Assembly: GCA_013265495.1 (NCBI GenBank)
Contig: MU058059.1
Span: 2,643,502 to 2,707,501, forward strand
Length of the DNA: 64,000 nt
Source: Vicugna vicugna
Taxonomy: Eukaryota
Direction of reading: 5' to 3'
The translations under genes and the position numbers were made by a program. The notes under the pieces are model-generated. The model did no database searches. It saw only the letters and a program-made list of their open reading frames with translations, and had not been told where the DNA came from. Positions 24,071 to 36,499 of the stretch are shown here, piece by piece (within the stretch, counting starts at the first letter, position 1; every line of letters starts with the position of its first letter).

Positions 24071-25075
24071 AAATCATTCAGTCATTCACTCATTCAGTGT
24101 TTTTGATGCCTTTGACAATCAGCGCAGCCGTCGTGGAAGTAGCGGTACTGACAGGAACGGGAAGCCATCACCTAGGACGTGCCGGGCAGCCAGCTGATTT
24201 CGGCGTCACAACAGCTCTATTTTTATTCCATTTTACAGCTGGAGAAACTTTGGCATGAGGTTAAGTGACTTTCCGAAGTCACACAGTTAACAAGCAGTGG
24301 TGCTCAGATTTGACCGGGGGCCAGCCCACTTCACAAGATCTAGTTAGCTACCGTAATACCCTCCACGGGCCAGGCCCAGTGCTGGTGCAGTACAGTGACC
24401 AGGAGCCTGCCCTCATGGGCCTTTTGCTAGTTGAGAAGACAAGTACTAGTAATCACAAAACGAACGTGCAAATATGCTCTGTGACAGGTGTAACGGGGGC
24501 AGGGCACACGGTGGTCTGTCTAGTAAGTCCATGGTAGCAGGAGAGACTTGACGTGGTCCAGGAGGGCTTTCCCAGGGAGGAGGCTCAAATGAGATTGACA
24601 GGTGGGAGGGGTCACTGAGATGAAGTTGCAGGCAGAGCATCCCAGACAGTGGAACCAACATCTGCAGAGGTCCCCTGGCAGGAGGGACATGGCAAGTGAG
24701 TGACTGGAACAGGCCAGGGAGATGGGGGGAGCTCCTCAGTGTTGGGTCAGGTGGAGCCTGGGGGGCAAGGAGGCTGCAGATGCAGGCTGGAGCCGGACCT
24801 CAGGGTGCCTTCCAGGTCCGGGGAAGAGTGTTGACCTCATCTGCAGAGGGTAGAAATCACCTCTGGGTTTAAGGAAGACCATGAAGTGATCAGATGCATG
24901 TCTTCAAAGCTCTCTCCAGTGAGTGCTCGGGGTGGATTGGAGTGGGGCCAGTCCAGCTTCCAGAGACCTGCAGGAAGGCAATTGCAAGAGATGATGGAAC
25001 TGTAGACCACGTGGCAATGTGGAGATTGAGAGAAGGGGACAGATTTCAGAGGTGAATTAACGGGACCTGGAACCC
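24071..25075 (-). mobile_element. LINE-2 (L2a/b) 3' portion interrupted by a MIR (~24205-24345)
   Basis: (ATTC)-type tail at 24074-24097; cctgccctcatgg; gcagagcatcccagacagtggaaccaacatctgcagaggtccc; MIR core attccattttacagctggagaaact...aggttaagtgactttccgaagtcacacag. Confidence 0.75.
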
Positions 25076-27190
25076 AGGGGTGGGGGTTCAGCAGTCATGC
25101 AGCAGGAGGGGCGGTGATGTTCACCGCGTTGGCCAGAACCCAGCAGTGAAGGAGACCCCAGGTGTGGGACCCACGCCCACCTGGAGAGCATATGGACTTC
25201 ATTCAGCTCAGCTGTCAGGAGATTCGCACACCCTCCTGCATGAGCTGCTTTGCCCTTGAAGAGCAGCCTCCAGTGTGTACTGAGCGCTCTGTCATGCTTT
25301 ATTCCGCTGGCCTTTTGGAGATGTGTGTGCCAATGGCAATTTTAGATGCTCACATTTAACATTGTATTTTTCCTGTTTCTTTGCAGCCATTCTTAAAAGC
25401 ATCCAAACTTTTTTGTTTTAATCCTGGGAGCTAAAAATTTATTTCACGTCACAAACAGGAGAATCTGTGTCAGAAAGTGTCAGTTTCTAAATCCAAAATA
25501 ATAAGTTAATTTTGCTCACCTTAATAATTTCTGAGATATTGATAGAGAGACAGGAAGGAAACGTTCAGCCAAGAGTCTCATTTTTAAAAGGTAAAATGAA
25601 ACCCAGAAAGTCCAGAGGCATGCAGTTCAGCATAAAGCAGCCAGTCTTGTGCACAAGCTCCGAATACCGTGGTATCAGAGGGAAGGGTCCTCCTGCGCTT
25701 TGTACGAAGGAGGTGGACAGATGGAGTATGTAAGTGGGTGATGCTGTTCTGTGATGAAGCAAATGCTGGATGCTTCTGGAAGTCACGGGCAGCGCGTCAC
25801 TGTCCTGCTCAAGGCAACATCCCTCCTGAGGACGAGTCTCAAGCCCTCGTGGTTTGCCTGTTCGTTTAGGTCTAGTCTTTGAAAGACAGTGACCAAGTAA
25901 TACTCTGTGTTTGACTTGGGCAAGTGGAAAATGACAGTGAAGACCACGAAGCTGAAGGTCTTTACTGTGAAATTTTTTAGTTTCATTATAGCCGGTTAAA
26001 TGGACAAAGTAGAATTTTCTTAAAATGAAGGCTTGTGCATCAGAAGCCCCTGGACGGTTTCTTTTTCCCTGAGTACTAACATTCAGACAGACCCACAGAC
26101 CTACCCAGAACCTCCACAGATGATGTACGAACACATATACTTTAAAAATTCGTAACATTTAAAAAATTACCCTACTTCCAGTTAAAAGCCTTTGGATTAA
26201 TAAAATAAAGAGTAGTGGCTGCATTTCACCAATTTTTCCGAGAATGCCTTCCTGAAGATTGCCGGTTCTAAGTTATCTTTGTTTTCTTTATTCAGAGGCC
26301 TCAGAGTTGAAGGATAAGTGGAGAAAATAGCCCCTGTTCTTGGAAAGACTGGCTCAGGGGTGGATGCTGCTGGTCTTGAGTGAGTGGTCCAGGCAAGGGC
26401 ACATCACCGCAGGCAGCGTCTTGCCAGCCCAGCGCTTCGTGAAAGAGCTGCAGCATTCCTGCTGCTCAGTAAGCCTCCGCCCACAGTGAGGTGATGACCC
26501 GGAAAGTTGGAGGACTGTTCATCTGTGCCTGAGGCCTGCGTCCTTCAGAGCCAATAGGTCAGGTCTTGATTTGTTCCCTGGGGTGGAGCGGAGCGGGAGG
26601 CAGCCCACCTGGAGGTGGAGTTTGGAGGTTGTCACTGCCTGCAGGTCACCTCCTCAGCTGGCCAGGCACGTCCAGGGGAAATTCTCATCTGGGAGACCTG
26701 ACCTCAGGCTGACCGCAGGGTTGCACTTCACCTTGAGACTTTCAAGAATCATCTTTTAAGATGCAACAAGATGTTGTTAGTAAATTTATTTAATTGGCGC
26801 ACAAACTGGTTGCATTGTAAATTGGTAGGAATATGTCGCTTTTATTTTGCAGTAGCTTTTTTACTTTTAATTATTTACTTAAAAATTAAAGTGACCAATT
26901 CCGGACTTTAGACACATGCCCGACACCAGCCCCGTGAGGTTGGGCTGACTTTGTCTCGGTTTTCTGACATGACGGCTGCTGACGTGCCTTTTCTGCTGGT
27001 TGTTCTCGGCTTCCCTGGCTTTCCGAAGACACAGATAATACAATGTGCCTGAGAATCAGCAACTAAATAAATTTTATTTGAATATCTTATATTTTATTTG
27101 CCCCTCTTTGAAAATTACATATAGTAATTCTTGTCACTTCTATATAGTAATTGCATATAAAATACAGCTAATGTAACAGATACATTGGGG

Positions 27191-27394
27191 TTTTTTATTC
27201 TTATTTTTTATTTAAATGTAGTCGATTTACAATGTTAGTTTCAGGCGTACAACAAAGCAATTCAGTTACACATATACATACACATACTGACTTTCAGATT
27301 CTTTTCCATTACAGCTCATTACAAGACATTGAATATAGTTCCCTGTGCTCTACAGTAGATCCTTGTTATTTATCTATTTTATATATAGCAATGT
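27191..27394 (-). mobile_element. Young L1 3' end, antisense
   Basis: T-rich tail, gatttacaatgttagtttcaggcgtacaacaaagcaattcagtt...attgaatatagttccctgtgctctacagtag. Confidence 0.88.
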
Positions 27395-27967
27395 GCAGAT
27401 ACCTTCAATTTTTAAATACAATGGTGTTAAAAAGAGTAGACAAGATGATTGCTTTACTGAGTCCAGATGGTTGTAATTCAGAGATTGTATGTGGGAAAAT
27501 GAAGAAAACTACTTAGTCGTGGCAGCTGACACTGTAACTAGACTGAATTTCCTCTTAATGAAAAAAAGAGCTGTGTGTGGAGGGTGGGAATGTCGTGTGG
27601 GATAGGTCAGACCTTCACAGCTATAGGCTGGCATAAAAAAGGGTAATTGGTGTGTTACTGAGTGGACGCCTGCTAAGGGCGTAATTAGGAAACCGAGCGG
27701 GCCTCGGGAGGAGTCTGCTGTATTTGCCACGGAAGGAACTGCCGGGGAAGGGGCGGGACTGGTGAGAGAGGCTGCAGGTCACCCCGGCCGTGTACAGCTC
27801 TGCCGGGTGGCCAGGGTAGCTCAGGCAGCCTGGGCTCTGAGAGGGCACTCATCGGGGCCGTAGGTCTCAGTGTGGCTGGGTCACTTGGTACCTATCCAGG
27901 GTGCCTGGAGGCTGAGCTGAGGGTAGAGGTCAGCAGAACATAGGAGCTGTGTCCACGTGGCCCATCT

Positions 27968-28770
27968 TATTTTTTTTCACTTGTATTCTTTTTTATTGAA
28001 GTATAGTCAGTTTACAATGTTGTGTCCATTTCTGGTATACAGCATAATGTTTCAGTCATATATACATATATTCACTTTCATATTCTTTTCCATTATAAAC
28101 TATTACAAGATAGTGAATATAATTCCCTGTGCTGTACAGTAGAAGTTTGTTGTTTATCTGTTTTATACATAGTAGTCTAGTATCTGCAGATCTCCAACTT
28201 CCAGGTTATTCCTTCCCACCTCATTTCCCCTTGGTAACCATAAGTTTGTTCCTTATGTCTGTGAGTCTATTTCTGTTTGTAAATAAGTTCATTTGTCTGG
28301 TTTTTTTAGATTCCACATATAAGTGGTATCATACGGTATTTTTCTTTCTCTTTCTGGCTTACTTCACTTAGAATGACAATCTCTAGGTCCATCCATGTTG
28401 CTGCAAATGGCATTGTTATTCTTTTTTATGGCTGAGTAGTATTCCATTGTGTATATATACCACAGCTATTTTATCTGTTCACCTGTTGATGGACATTTAG
28501 GATGCTTCCATATCTTGGCTATTGTAAAGGGTGTGGCTGTGAACACTGGGGTGTGTGTATCTTTTTGAATTACATTTTTCTCCAGATATAAGCCCAGGAA
28601 TGGGATTGCTGGATCACAGGGTAAGTCTAGTTCTAGTTTTTTAAGGAACCTCCATACTGCCCTCTATAGTGGGTGCACCAATTTACACTCCCACCAACAG
28701 TGTAGGAGGGTTCCTTTTTCTCCACACCCTCTCCAGCACTTATTATTTGTAGACTTCTAAATGATGGAAA
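27968..28770 (-). mobile_element. Young L1, antisense, ~800 bp (3' UTR + ORF2 C-terminal end)
   Basis: tttattgaagtatagtcagtttacaatg...ccatccatgttgctgcaaatggc...ttttaaggaacctccatactg...cccaccaacagtgtaggaggg; probable TSD gtggcccatct (27957-27967) / gtgacccatct (28771-28781). Confidence 0.92.
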
Positions 28771-29409
28771 GTGACCCATCTATTGATAAACCGTGGGAAA
28801 CTATGGGACACATATTGGACTACTACACGGCTGTACAGGAGATGGAAAAAGACTTCTCTAGACAAAAGTAAAGTGATTTCCAGGGAAGGAGACAGCAGAA
28901 CAAAACCTCTTCTTTACAAAAGAATGCCAGCTAATAAATGCGGAAGGGTCGGCAGGGTTAGAACGTCAGCATTTTGAAAAGGCCAGTGAAATACATGTGC
29001 AAATGATTATATATGGTGTGATACATTTTGAGTAAGAAAGGAATAAGTAAATATATGTGTGTGTTTCTCTATAAACACACACACATAATTTTTACAAAGA
29101 GAACTCAAGAAGGGCAATCCCAAAATGCCTGAAAATGGTTACTATGGCGATAGGTGAGTGGGAACGGGGTAGAGGGAATAAAAGGAAATGAGCAAGAGAC
29201 TTCTCTGAGTTTAATTTTTGTATAGTTTTGACTTTCGAAGCATGTAAATGTTTTGCAAATTCATAAAATTAAGTTAAATTGAAAATACTAAACAAGCTGA
29301 CCCTGGGGTTGAATATAGATAGAAACACGAAGTAGTAATATTACTGCCCAGCGGGAAAAAATTTGAGTAACATTTGAATACAAGTCTCTTGACTATATAA
29401 CCTTAGTGA

Positions 29410-30030
29410 TGTCCCCAGACCAAACTTGGATCCACTCACCCACGCACAGTAAAGTCAGTCTACTAACAATTTAAACAGCAAATCAGCCACATGGCAGTCA
29501 CAGAATATTTGGTTCCTCCCTGAAGTACATAGGGATGACCATGAGCACACAGCCCCCTGCTTCACCTCGCCTTTACAAATGTTTCCCTGGACTCATCAGG
29601 GAGGCTGGGTTTCCTGAGCACCAGCTGGTGCCTTTTTAAAGGCAAAGTGAAGAGGGGAGAGTTGCAGGGTGTGTGATCAGCTCGTGCACAGTTCCTGATT
29701 GGTTGATGGTGAGGTAACAGGGTGATGTCACAGAGGTTAGCATCATCAGCCAGCTGGGGGGGCTGTGTGCTCATGGTCATCCCTGTGTACTTCAGGGAGG
29801 AACTAAATATTCTGTGGCTGATTTGCTGTTTAAATTGTTACCAGTTCTTCTAGCCCAGCTGCTAATTTTGTCACTACATGTTCACATCCTTTCAATCATT
29901 AGTTCTTGAGCCAGACTTTTGTGACTCAGAGGAGGCCTGGGAGACCACAGCCTTTCTACAGACAAGATGCAGTCAGAGGACATGGTGGGGTCTGTCCTGG
30001 GAAGGCCCCACAGAGTCCTGCTCAGTTACA
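29410..30030 (-). mobile_element. ERV1-class solo LTR (MER41-like artiodactyl family), internally rearranged
   Basis: TG at 29410 to CA at 30030; 4-bp flanks gtga/gtgg; ends accaaacttggatccactcaccc and ggaaggccccacagagtcctgctcagttaca; gtgatcagctcgtgcacagttcctgattggttgatggtgagg (CCAAT on the minus strand). Family name recalled. Confidence 0.75.
29464..29840. repeat. Long inverted repeat: arms 29464-29557 and 29758-29840
   Basis: Hand alignment: 83 aligned positions, 2 substitutions, one 11-nt indel; central perfect palindrome gcaccagctggtgc at 29618-29631. Confidence 0.97.
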
Positions 30031-33002
30031 GTGGGATATATTCAAAGGACAAACAGAACTAAAATAAAATCTTAAACATTTTTCGTAGATTTACTTTTCA
30101 TAATTATGTTCATATTGTTCTTCTAAAATTATTTTTCTATAGAAGGATAAGTACATAAACCCCAAGGTTTACCGTAAGAGAAGAGACACAAATACTCTTT
30201 TTAAAAAAAGAAAATCTCTGTAGTGTTAAATCTGAATTGGAAATATCAGTGTGAAGTCATGATTTAAATATATACGAGATAGAATACATATAAAATTTCC
30301 TAGGCCCTGAGCACTCGAAAGAGCTAGAAACAATGAAACTCTGGCTGCAGTGAGCGCACATACCATCGATCAAGACCTTAATTTGTAAATGCTGTTCCCC
30401 AGTAAACACAGTTGGGCTTCTTGGAGAAATGACTCATCTCAGGTCTAGGTCAGGGGAAAACCAGGTGAGCCTGTAGCGTCTTATGCCAGAAAGCAAGGCT
30501 GTACTCAGTGACTAATAGAATGATGTCAAAGGGACAGAGGAGCCAGCTGAAAGGGCTACCTCTCACCAGATGCCGGACCACTGGATCATCCAAAGGAATA
30601 CTGTCTGTAATTGATTATGAAGCACTGCATTTTAAAAAATCCATCCATCTCAGGTAAACATTTAAAAACCAAAAAAAAAAAAAAAGAAACCAAGAGAAGG
30701 GGACAAGGGGAGGTTTTCTTTACAGGGCAATACCAGTGAGTAAATACAGAAAAGGGAGGACTGAAAAATCACCATTTTGCAAAGCCCAGTATGATAATAC
30801 ATTCAGACAAGAGTCTGTGTTTGCTGAAACAACTGGGTGAGGGCAGTGTGGTCATCAGAAGAGTCGCACGATCTAAAACGGCCACCCTACGGATGATCCA
30901 ATGAGGGAAAGCTGAGCCTTTGCGATGGGAACATCCGCTGGTGAACGCCTTCCTCGTCAAATCCAGCCAAGCCAGTAAGGGCGCAGTTTCACCTGATGGG
31001 ATGCAATTAGAGGGCACAGTCACCTGTGCAGCAGCTGTGACATTAATATTTAATCGGGAACAACCAGAGTGTCTGTCCCTGTGAGACATTCTGCAGTAAA
31101 AGTAGCCCCGGACTCTTCAAAAAGTCAGTGTTTTTTGTACAACCACATTTTCTCTCCCAGATGCTTATAGATTGATTCTGTGTTTTTATTCTTCTTTCCG
31201 GTATAAAAGTTAAGTCAACAAAATGTGTGTTGCGTCCAAAGCCCTTTAAAAAATATGATTAAATGACGGCCTACCGGTGTGCTTCCCCGGCGAGCTGAGG
31301 TCAGCGGTCCTGCGGTCATGGCCAGATGCCGTCTGTGGGCGTCCTCCCGCGGGACCCCTGTGCCCGGGCAGTAGGACTCAGTGTGGAGGGAGGGAGGGGC
31401 AGAGAGTAGCTGTGAGGGCACAGCTGGCACCCTTCAGCCTCGATGAAGATGAGGAGCGCAGGGAGGGCCCCAGGGCTGCTGGGGCAGAGACCGCAGCCTC
31501 TCCTGTCTCTGGCGCAGACTCAGGGGCTGCGGGCCGGGCCCTGGGCCCAGGGCCCACGCTCTGCACCTCATCTTGTCTTACGGGCACGCTGTGGGGTTTT
31601 CAGCTGTTTCGCCCACACCAGGACTTAGATTTTGCCTTCTCGTGGAGGCCATGTTAAGAAAAGCACCAGGTCGTGTTGATCTGGCCTGGCTGGCTGGTGC
31701 TGATGTGGTGTATTTTCTCTCAGTGATGCTCTGTGATGTCACGTGCCTACGGAACTCCTCCTCCTTGTGTAAGGCCATTTTCCAAACCAAGCAGCAACTT
31801 TTACTTCCAGCCATTTCTCCGTCCAGCTTCTCCCCCTTACTGTGCGAGTCCAAACACCATGGTTCCAAGTACGTTTAGAATACAAGACTCGGGACTAATA
31901 CTGCTGGGCTGTCACCCGCCTCGTCCTCTGTCCTTGTCCCCATAATCTCTGACGGCTTCTCTGCTTTAAAAGTTGGATCACGGCGGGCTGGTCAGTGTGC
32001 GGGGTGTTTGAGGCAGCAGGGTTTTGAGAATGGTGAGGAAAGAAGTGTGAGAAAGGTGTTCAGGACAGAGAGGTGACACATGGAAAACCAGAGAAACTGA
32101 AGTCTCAAGGTTGTGTCTCTAGAAGGTTCCATCTGTGGGAGGTTCTCCCCGCGCTCAGGGCCCACGCGAGCAACAGCAGAGCACCTGGACTCTAGCCTCA
32201 CACAGACCACCATTCCCGGGTGGGAACTCTCTGGACCGCCTGTGGTAGCATCAGTATTCTGTCCTGGGCTGTATTTCTTGTCGTGGTCGCAGCGTCACAG
32301 TGACTTAGGACGCAGGCCTTGGACATAATGTGAGCAGGAAAGTGCGCAGACACAGCTCGTTCACCCAGCACCTCCTGTCCCTCCCAAGTCCGTGCAGAAA
32401 CCCACTTCCCAAAGACAGTTCTTGCTGCGTTTTCATTTTTCTTGCTTTTGAAATACTGTGGTGTTCTGCGTACTCCTGTTTGGGAATGCTGCGGGCTCAC
32501 GGTGAACTAGTGTCAGCCCAAGACGTGGGTGGTTTTCTGTTTTGTCAAATCTGAGCTGCAAGAGCCCTTTTGATTACTGGGAGGATCAGGCATCCAAATC
32601 CTCCCCCTCGGAGTCAAAGATCTCCTGGGACCCTGCTTTCCAGGAACCTGAGATCCCGGCCATCCCGAGGGCAGGGCTCCGCCTGGACCAGTTCGTCCTG
32701 ACTCTGACATCTCTGCACCGAAACCTCTCAGGAGCTGCAGTGTTTTTATCCACACTCTGGCCAGGGGCACTGGGGACATAGCCAGGGTGGAAATGAGCCA
32801 AAATTTTCAATTCTTAGAATTTTGTTTTTTGTATGTGTGCCAGGAAATCCAAAAGCAAAGGCTTTTCACCTGGGCTCCAATAGCAAATTCTGGTCTCTGA
32901 TTCGAGTCTGTGTCTGCTTTGTGGTTCCATCACACATGAAGGTGGCGTGAGGTTTTTAAGTGATGACTGCCTTTTTTTTTTTTGAAAAATACCATCTCAT
33001 TA

Positions 33003-33283
33003 TTTAATTTTTTTTTAATTTCTTTATTGAAGTATAGTCAGTTTATAGTGTTGTGTCAATTTCTAGTTAGAGTATAATGTTTCAGTCATACATACACACA
33101 TATATATTCCTTTTCATATTCTTTTTCATTACTGGCTACTACAAGGTATTGAATATAGTTGCTCTACAGTAGAACCTTGTTGTTTACCTATTTTATATAC
33201 AGAAGTTTGTATCTGCTAGTCCCAAACTCCTAATTTATCCTTCCCCTCACCTTTCCCCTTTGGTAACTATGAGTTTGTTTTCT
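33003..33283 (-). mobile_element. Young L1 3' end, antisense
   Basis: tttattgaagtatagtcagtttatagtgttgtgtcaatttct...ttcccctttggtaactatgagtttgttttct. Confidence 0.88.
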
Positions 33284-33361
33284 CAACACAAGAGTTATGA
33301 ATAGCCCCTCAGTTTGCCTGTTTCTATGTCCTCAGGTCAGATACTGCACATCTTCCCCCTG

Positions 33362-33551
33362 CAACCTATAATGAAAAAGAATATATATATGTGTGTGTGT
33401 GTATATGTATAAATATGCATATATATACACACACACATACCTATATACATATACATATATATAACTGAAACATTATGTTGTACGCCAGAAACTAACCCAA
33501 CATCGTCAATCAACTATATTTCAATTTAAAAAATTAATTTTTTGAAAAAAA
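33362..33551 (+). mobile_element. Young L1 3' end, sense, with an internal (TA/TG/CA)n block
   Basis: aacctataatgaaaaagaatatatatatgtgtg...ataactgaaacattatgttgtacgccagaaactaacccaacatcgtcaatcaactatatttcaat plus A-rich tail. Confidence 0.85.
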
Positions 33552-33654
33552 GCCAGTTACTAGCAAAGCTGCAACTTCAAAAGGAAACCTCTATGTTAAT
33601 TGCCTCTAAGGAGCTAATTGGGAGTGTGTCATACAGAAAGCTAAATAAGTGCGC

Positions 33655-33762
33655 ATTTCAAGCACTTTGAGGGGAGGACCTCATTTGATTGTGGTTTGTT
33701 TTGAGAGATTGGAGTAGTTTCTGCACATAGGAGGCGCTCAGAAATATTTGTTGAGTGTTTGG
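33655..33762 (+). mobile_element. LINE-2 3' tail
   Basis: gcacataggaggcgctcagaaatatttgttgagtg is the typical L2 terminus. Confidence 0.6.
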
Positions 33763-35381
33763 GTGAACGTCAAGTCACAGTCTTCTTCATTCTTTCTAAG
33801 TGATGTTCTGTGTTATGAGGGAAAATTCTTCCAGGGTCTTACCATGTATTATTTTAGGTAGTAATATCCCTATTTATGCATTTTATGTTTTCATGGAAAA
33901 TAATGTGTTGTACAGATGTTCTGTCACTAAGCCTCTGTGAAGCATCACGGATAGTCAGTTGATTATTATCTGTAAATTACAATGTGATCATCAACATTAA
34001 ATTGTTGGAAAGATGTTTGGAATGAGAGGATAGGAAAGCCAAAGATACTACTTTCTATCACTTTACAGAATTTCATGAGTCACCGCTTCCGCACTTTAAT
34101 TTCTGTTCGCAGGACAAGGTTAAGGTTAAAGGAAATAGAATTAAGAAGTTGCTTAGGAGTAAGCTTTTCTGTTTATTGGGAGCTGGTGTTGTACACTCAT
34201 ACATTTATAATCTGCATTATGCTCCAGCAGTATGTTAATGCTGAGTTCAGAAGATTCATCAGGCCACACGCTGTCCTGTGGTTTTACTGATGTAGTTCTC
34301 AGTTACATCAGCATTTTCTCTTGAACTCCGCACACAAAACGCCTTACAGAGCAGTGTGTAAGCAGTCCTAACAGGCAAATGTTCAGACATAATTAAAGAT
34401 GAAGTTTAGCCTTCCTGCTATGGTCGGTGAGTGAGGTAATGTTCCTTAACTGTGTGACAGGAAAGCGGAGGAAGTCAGGGCATGTGGCTGCCAAGCCCAT
34501 CCTCGCTGAAACGTCACGCAGGACTTCTCCAACTGCTCGAAGCTCATCCCAGGAATAATTCCAGCCTCTCAGGGATCATGGAGAAGGCGCCAGGTCTAAT
34601 GGGTGGAAACAGGTCACCCCTGCTCTTTGGTCCCATTTGCCCGTGTGTATACTCTGCTTCTGAAATTTTTAGTAACCGGATGTCTGTTGGAAGACCACTT
34701 CCTTTGGCTAGACTGCCAACTAGGAAAATACGTGCATGCCTTTCACTAAAGTCTAATGTGGGATCAGGATTCTAAACTGAAGTGTGTCTTCTTAATTAAA
34801 GACATGGCCCCAGGTACTCAACAAAATACATCAACTGCCATGACTAAGCACTGAACAGATGTTTCCCCAGCACCTGCCTGTGCGGACACCGGCTCCATGC
34901 TGGTGCTGCAGTGGAGGAAGGAACAGTCCAAGCGGGAGGCCGTCCGAAGGGTTACGCCTGTCGTTGGAAGAGTGACTCAGTGCTGTCCGCCTGGCCCTGT
35001 GGCCACACCCACTCAGGTGCCTCCAAGTCTCTGTTGAACAGAAAACCGCCCACTTAGGTGGGCCAAAATACGGACAGCTTCTAAAAATGCCAGATTCCAG
35101 AATCAACTCTAACTAAATCAGTTAGTTAATCAGTTAATCAAAGGATGTATTTAACTGGACTGGCTGGATTGACCTCTCCAGATTTACCAGTTACTACTGG
35201 GTTGTAGAGCAAGGACATCAGGGGAGGATGTGCTCCCCAGCCCACGTGGAGGAACAGGATGCTGTCCACCCGCCTTCAGACATCTGGTGTGTCGAGGTGA
35301 AGAGACCAGGGCAGGCCTGCCCCGGCCCCAACACCTCGTCTTATCCTGCCCCAGATGCATATGCTCTTGAGTTTTTTCTAT

Positions 35382-35405
35382 ATCATCATCATCATCATCA
35401 TCATC
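35382..35405. repeat. (ATC)8 microsatellite
   Basis: Read directly; it produces the poly-His in ORF 35228..35437. Confidence 0.95.
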
Positions 35406-36499
35406 TCACTTTCCCAACCCTCCCATGCACCACCTAGTGGTCACATTTTCACATATTCTATAAACCTGTTTCACAATAAATAGTTACATTTTGAAGTGAT
35501 GTTACCAGGAAGAGATGCCTCTCTGCCTTATCTTACACGTATTGTATTCTGTTCATTCTGTGTTTAATTTGCCCAAAGAGGACTAAAGACCATACATTCC
35601 CTAATTCACTAATAATAATTACTTAGTAACATGTAATAATTACATCATTGTAATAATTCACTAATAGCACCTCTACTTTCTTACCTGCTTTTTAGCTCAT
35701 ATCCAGAAATTTATCTAGATGCAAAAGGAAAAACTACAAATTTGTATATATCTAGAGTAAGCACTCCCTTTAAGATGTTCACGTGTGGTTTCAGTCAGAT
35801 TGCTAATTCCTCCTTCCGCTCCTCTTACGTCTTGGGAGATGATGAGAAGTTGGCAGACCTGTGCCTGGAATCCCAGCAGTTAGCAGGGATTTGTCTCAGA
35901 GCAGCTTTTGTTTCTTCATCGCAGTTCAAGACCATCATCCCGTTACTCTAAGTGTTTCCTCCGAGACACTCTCAGTCGTCCTGCTCTTCCCCGTCTTCTG
36001 GGCAAACTCCTCATCTCCCTCAGACGTAATTAAAGCCACCCAGCATCCCAGGAGGCCTTCCTCTGTGCCCGAGACATCTCCCAGTCTCTCCTGCCTGCGT
36101 CCTCCCTTCCTCTGCTCTTCCTTCCCGGCGAGGGACCCCCTCACCTCGGCTCAGATAGCCCACAACTCTGCTTCCTTTCCCACTCGCCACCCCCTAAGGT
36201 GAGGCTGCATTTCAGTTTGCGAATATAAAATCAAGGTATTTGTTCACAGTGATTTAAACTGAATGCGTATCTGTGTAATTGCTGCCAGTGTGGGTTATTC
36301 TCGGGAAACTCAGGGAGGGACTCGCGTCGGGGGCAGCTGTTTGCTGCCGCTCCCCATGCAGCGCCATCCTTAGGTTCTGGAGGTAGCGTGAAGTGAGCTC
36401 TGTTGCATATCAACGTGCACAAAGGTCATTTGTCCCTAAAGGTAAGGGGAACTCAGAGCAGCAGGTACAAGCTTCCTTATATGTCAGATGAGAAAAAGA

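Larger units (their letters stand above)
28905..31130 (+). mobile_element. Old L1MC/L1MD-type 3' UTR fragments, interrupted by the LTR at 29410-30030
   Basis: gctagaaacaatga...ggcttcttggagaaatgactcat...gatgtcaaagggacagaggagccagctgaaagggct and gagacattctgcagtaaaagtagccccggactcttcaaaaagtcagtg resemble the L1MC3/4 3' end. Confidence 0.65.

Noticed and set aside
25360..25400. Strong-looking orphan acceptors (tttcctgtttctttgcag at 25386; also near 4530, 26295, 51125)
   Set aside because: No convincing paired donor giving an open in-frame exon (25387 reaches TAA within three codons in phase 2). Such pseudo-sites are common in long introns.
25565..26158. Longest ORF in the track (197 aa, minus strand)
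   Set aside because: No recognisable domain, no coding-like codon bias or exon context; length is compatible with chance in 64 kb over six frames.
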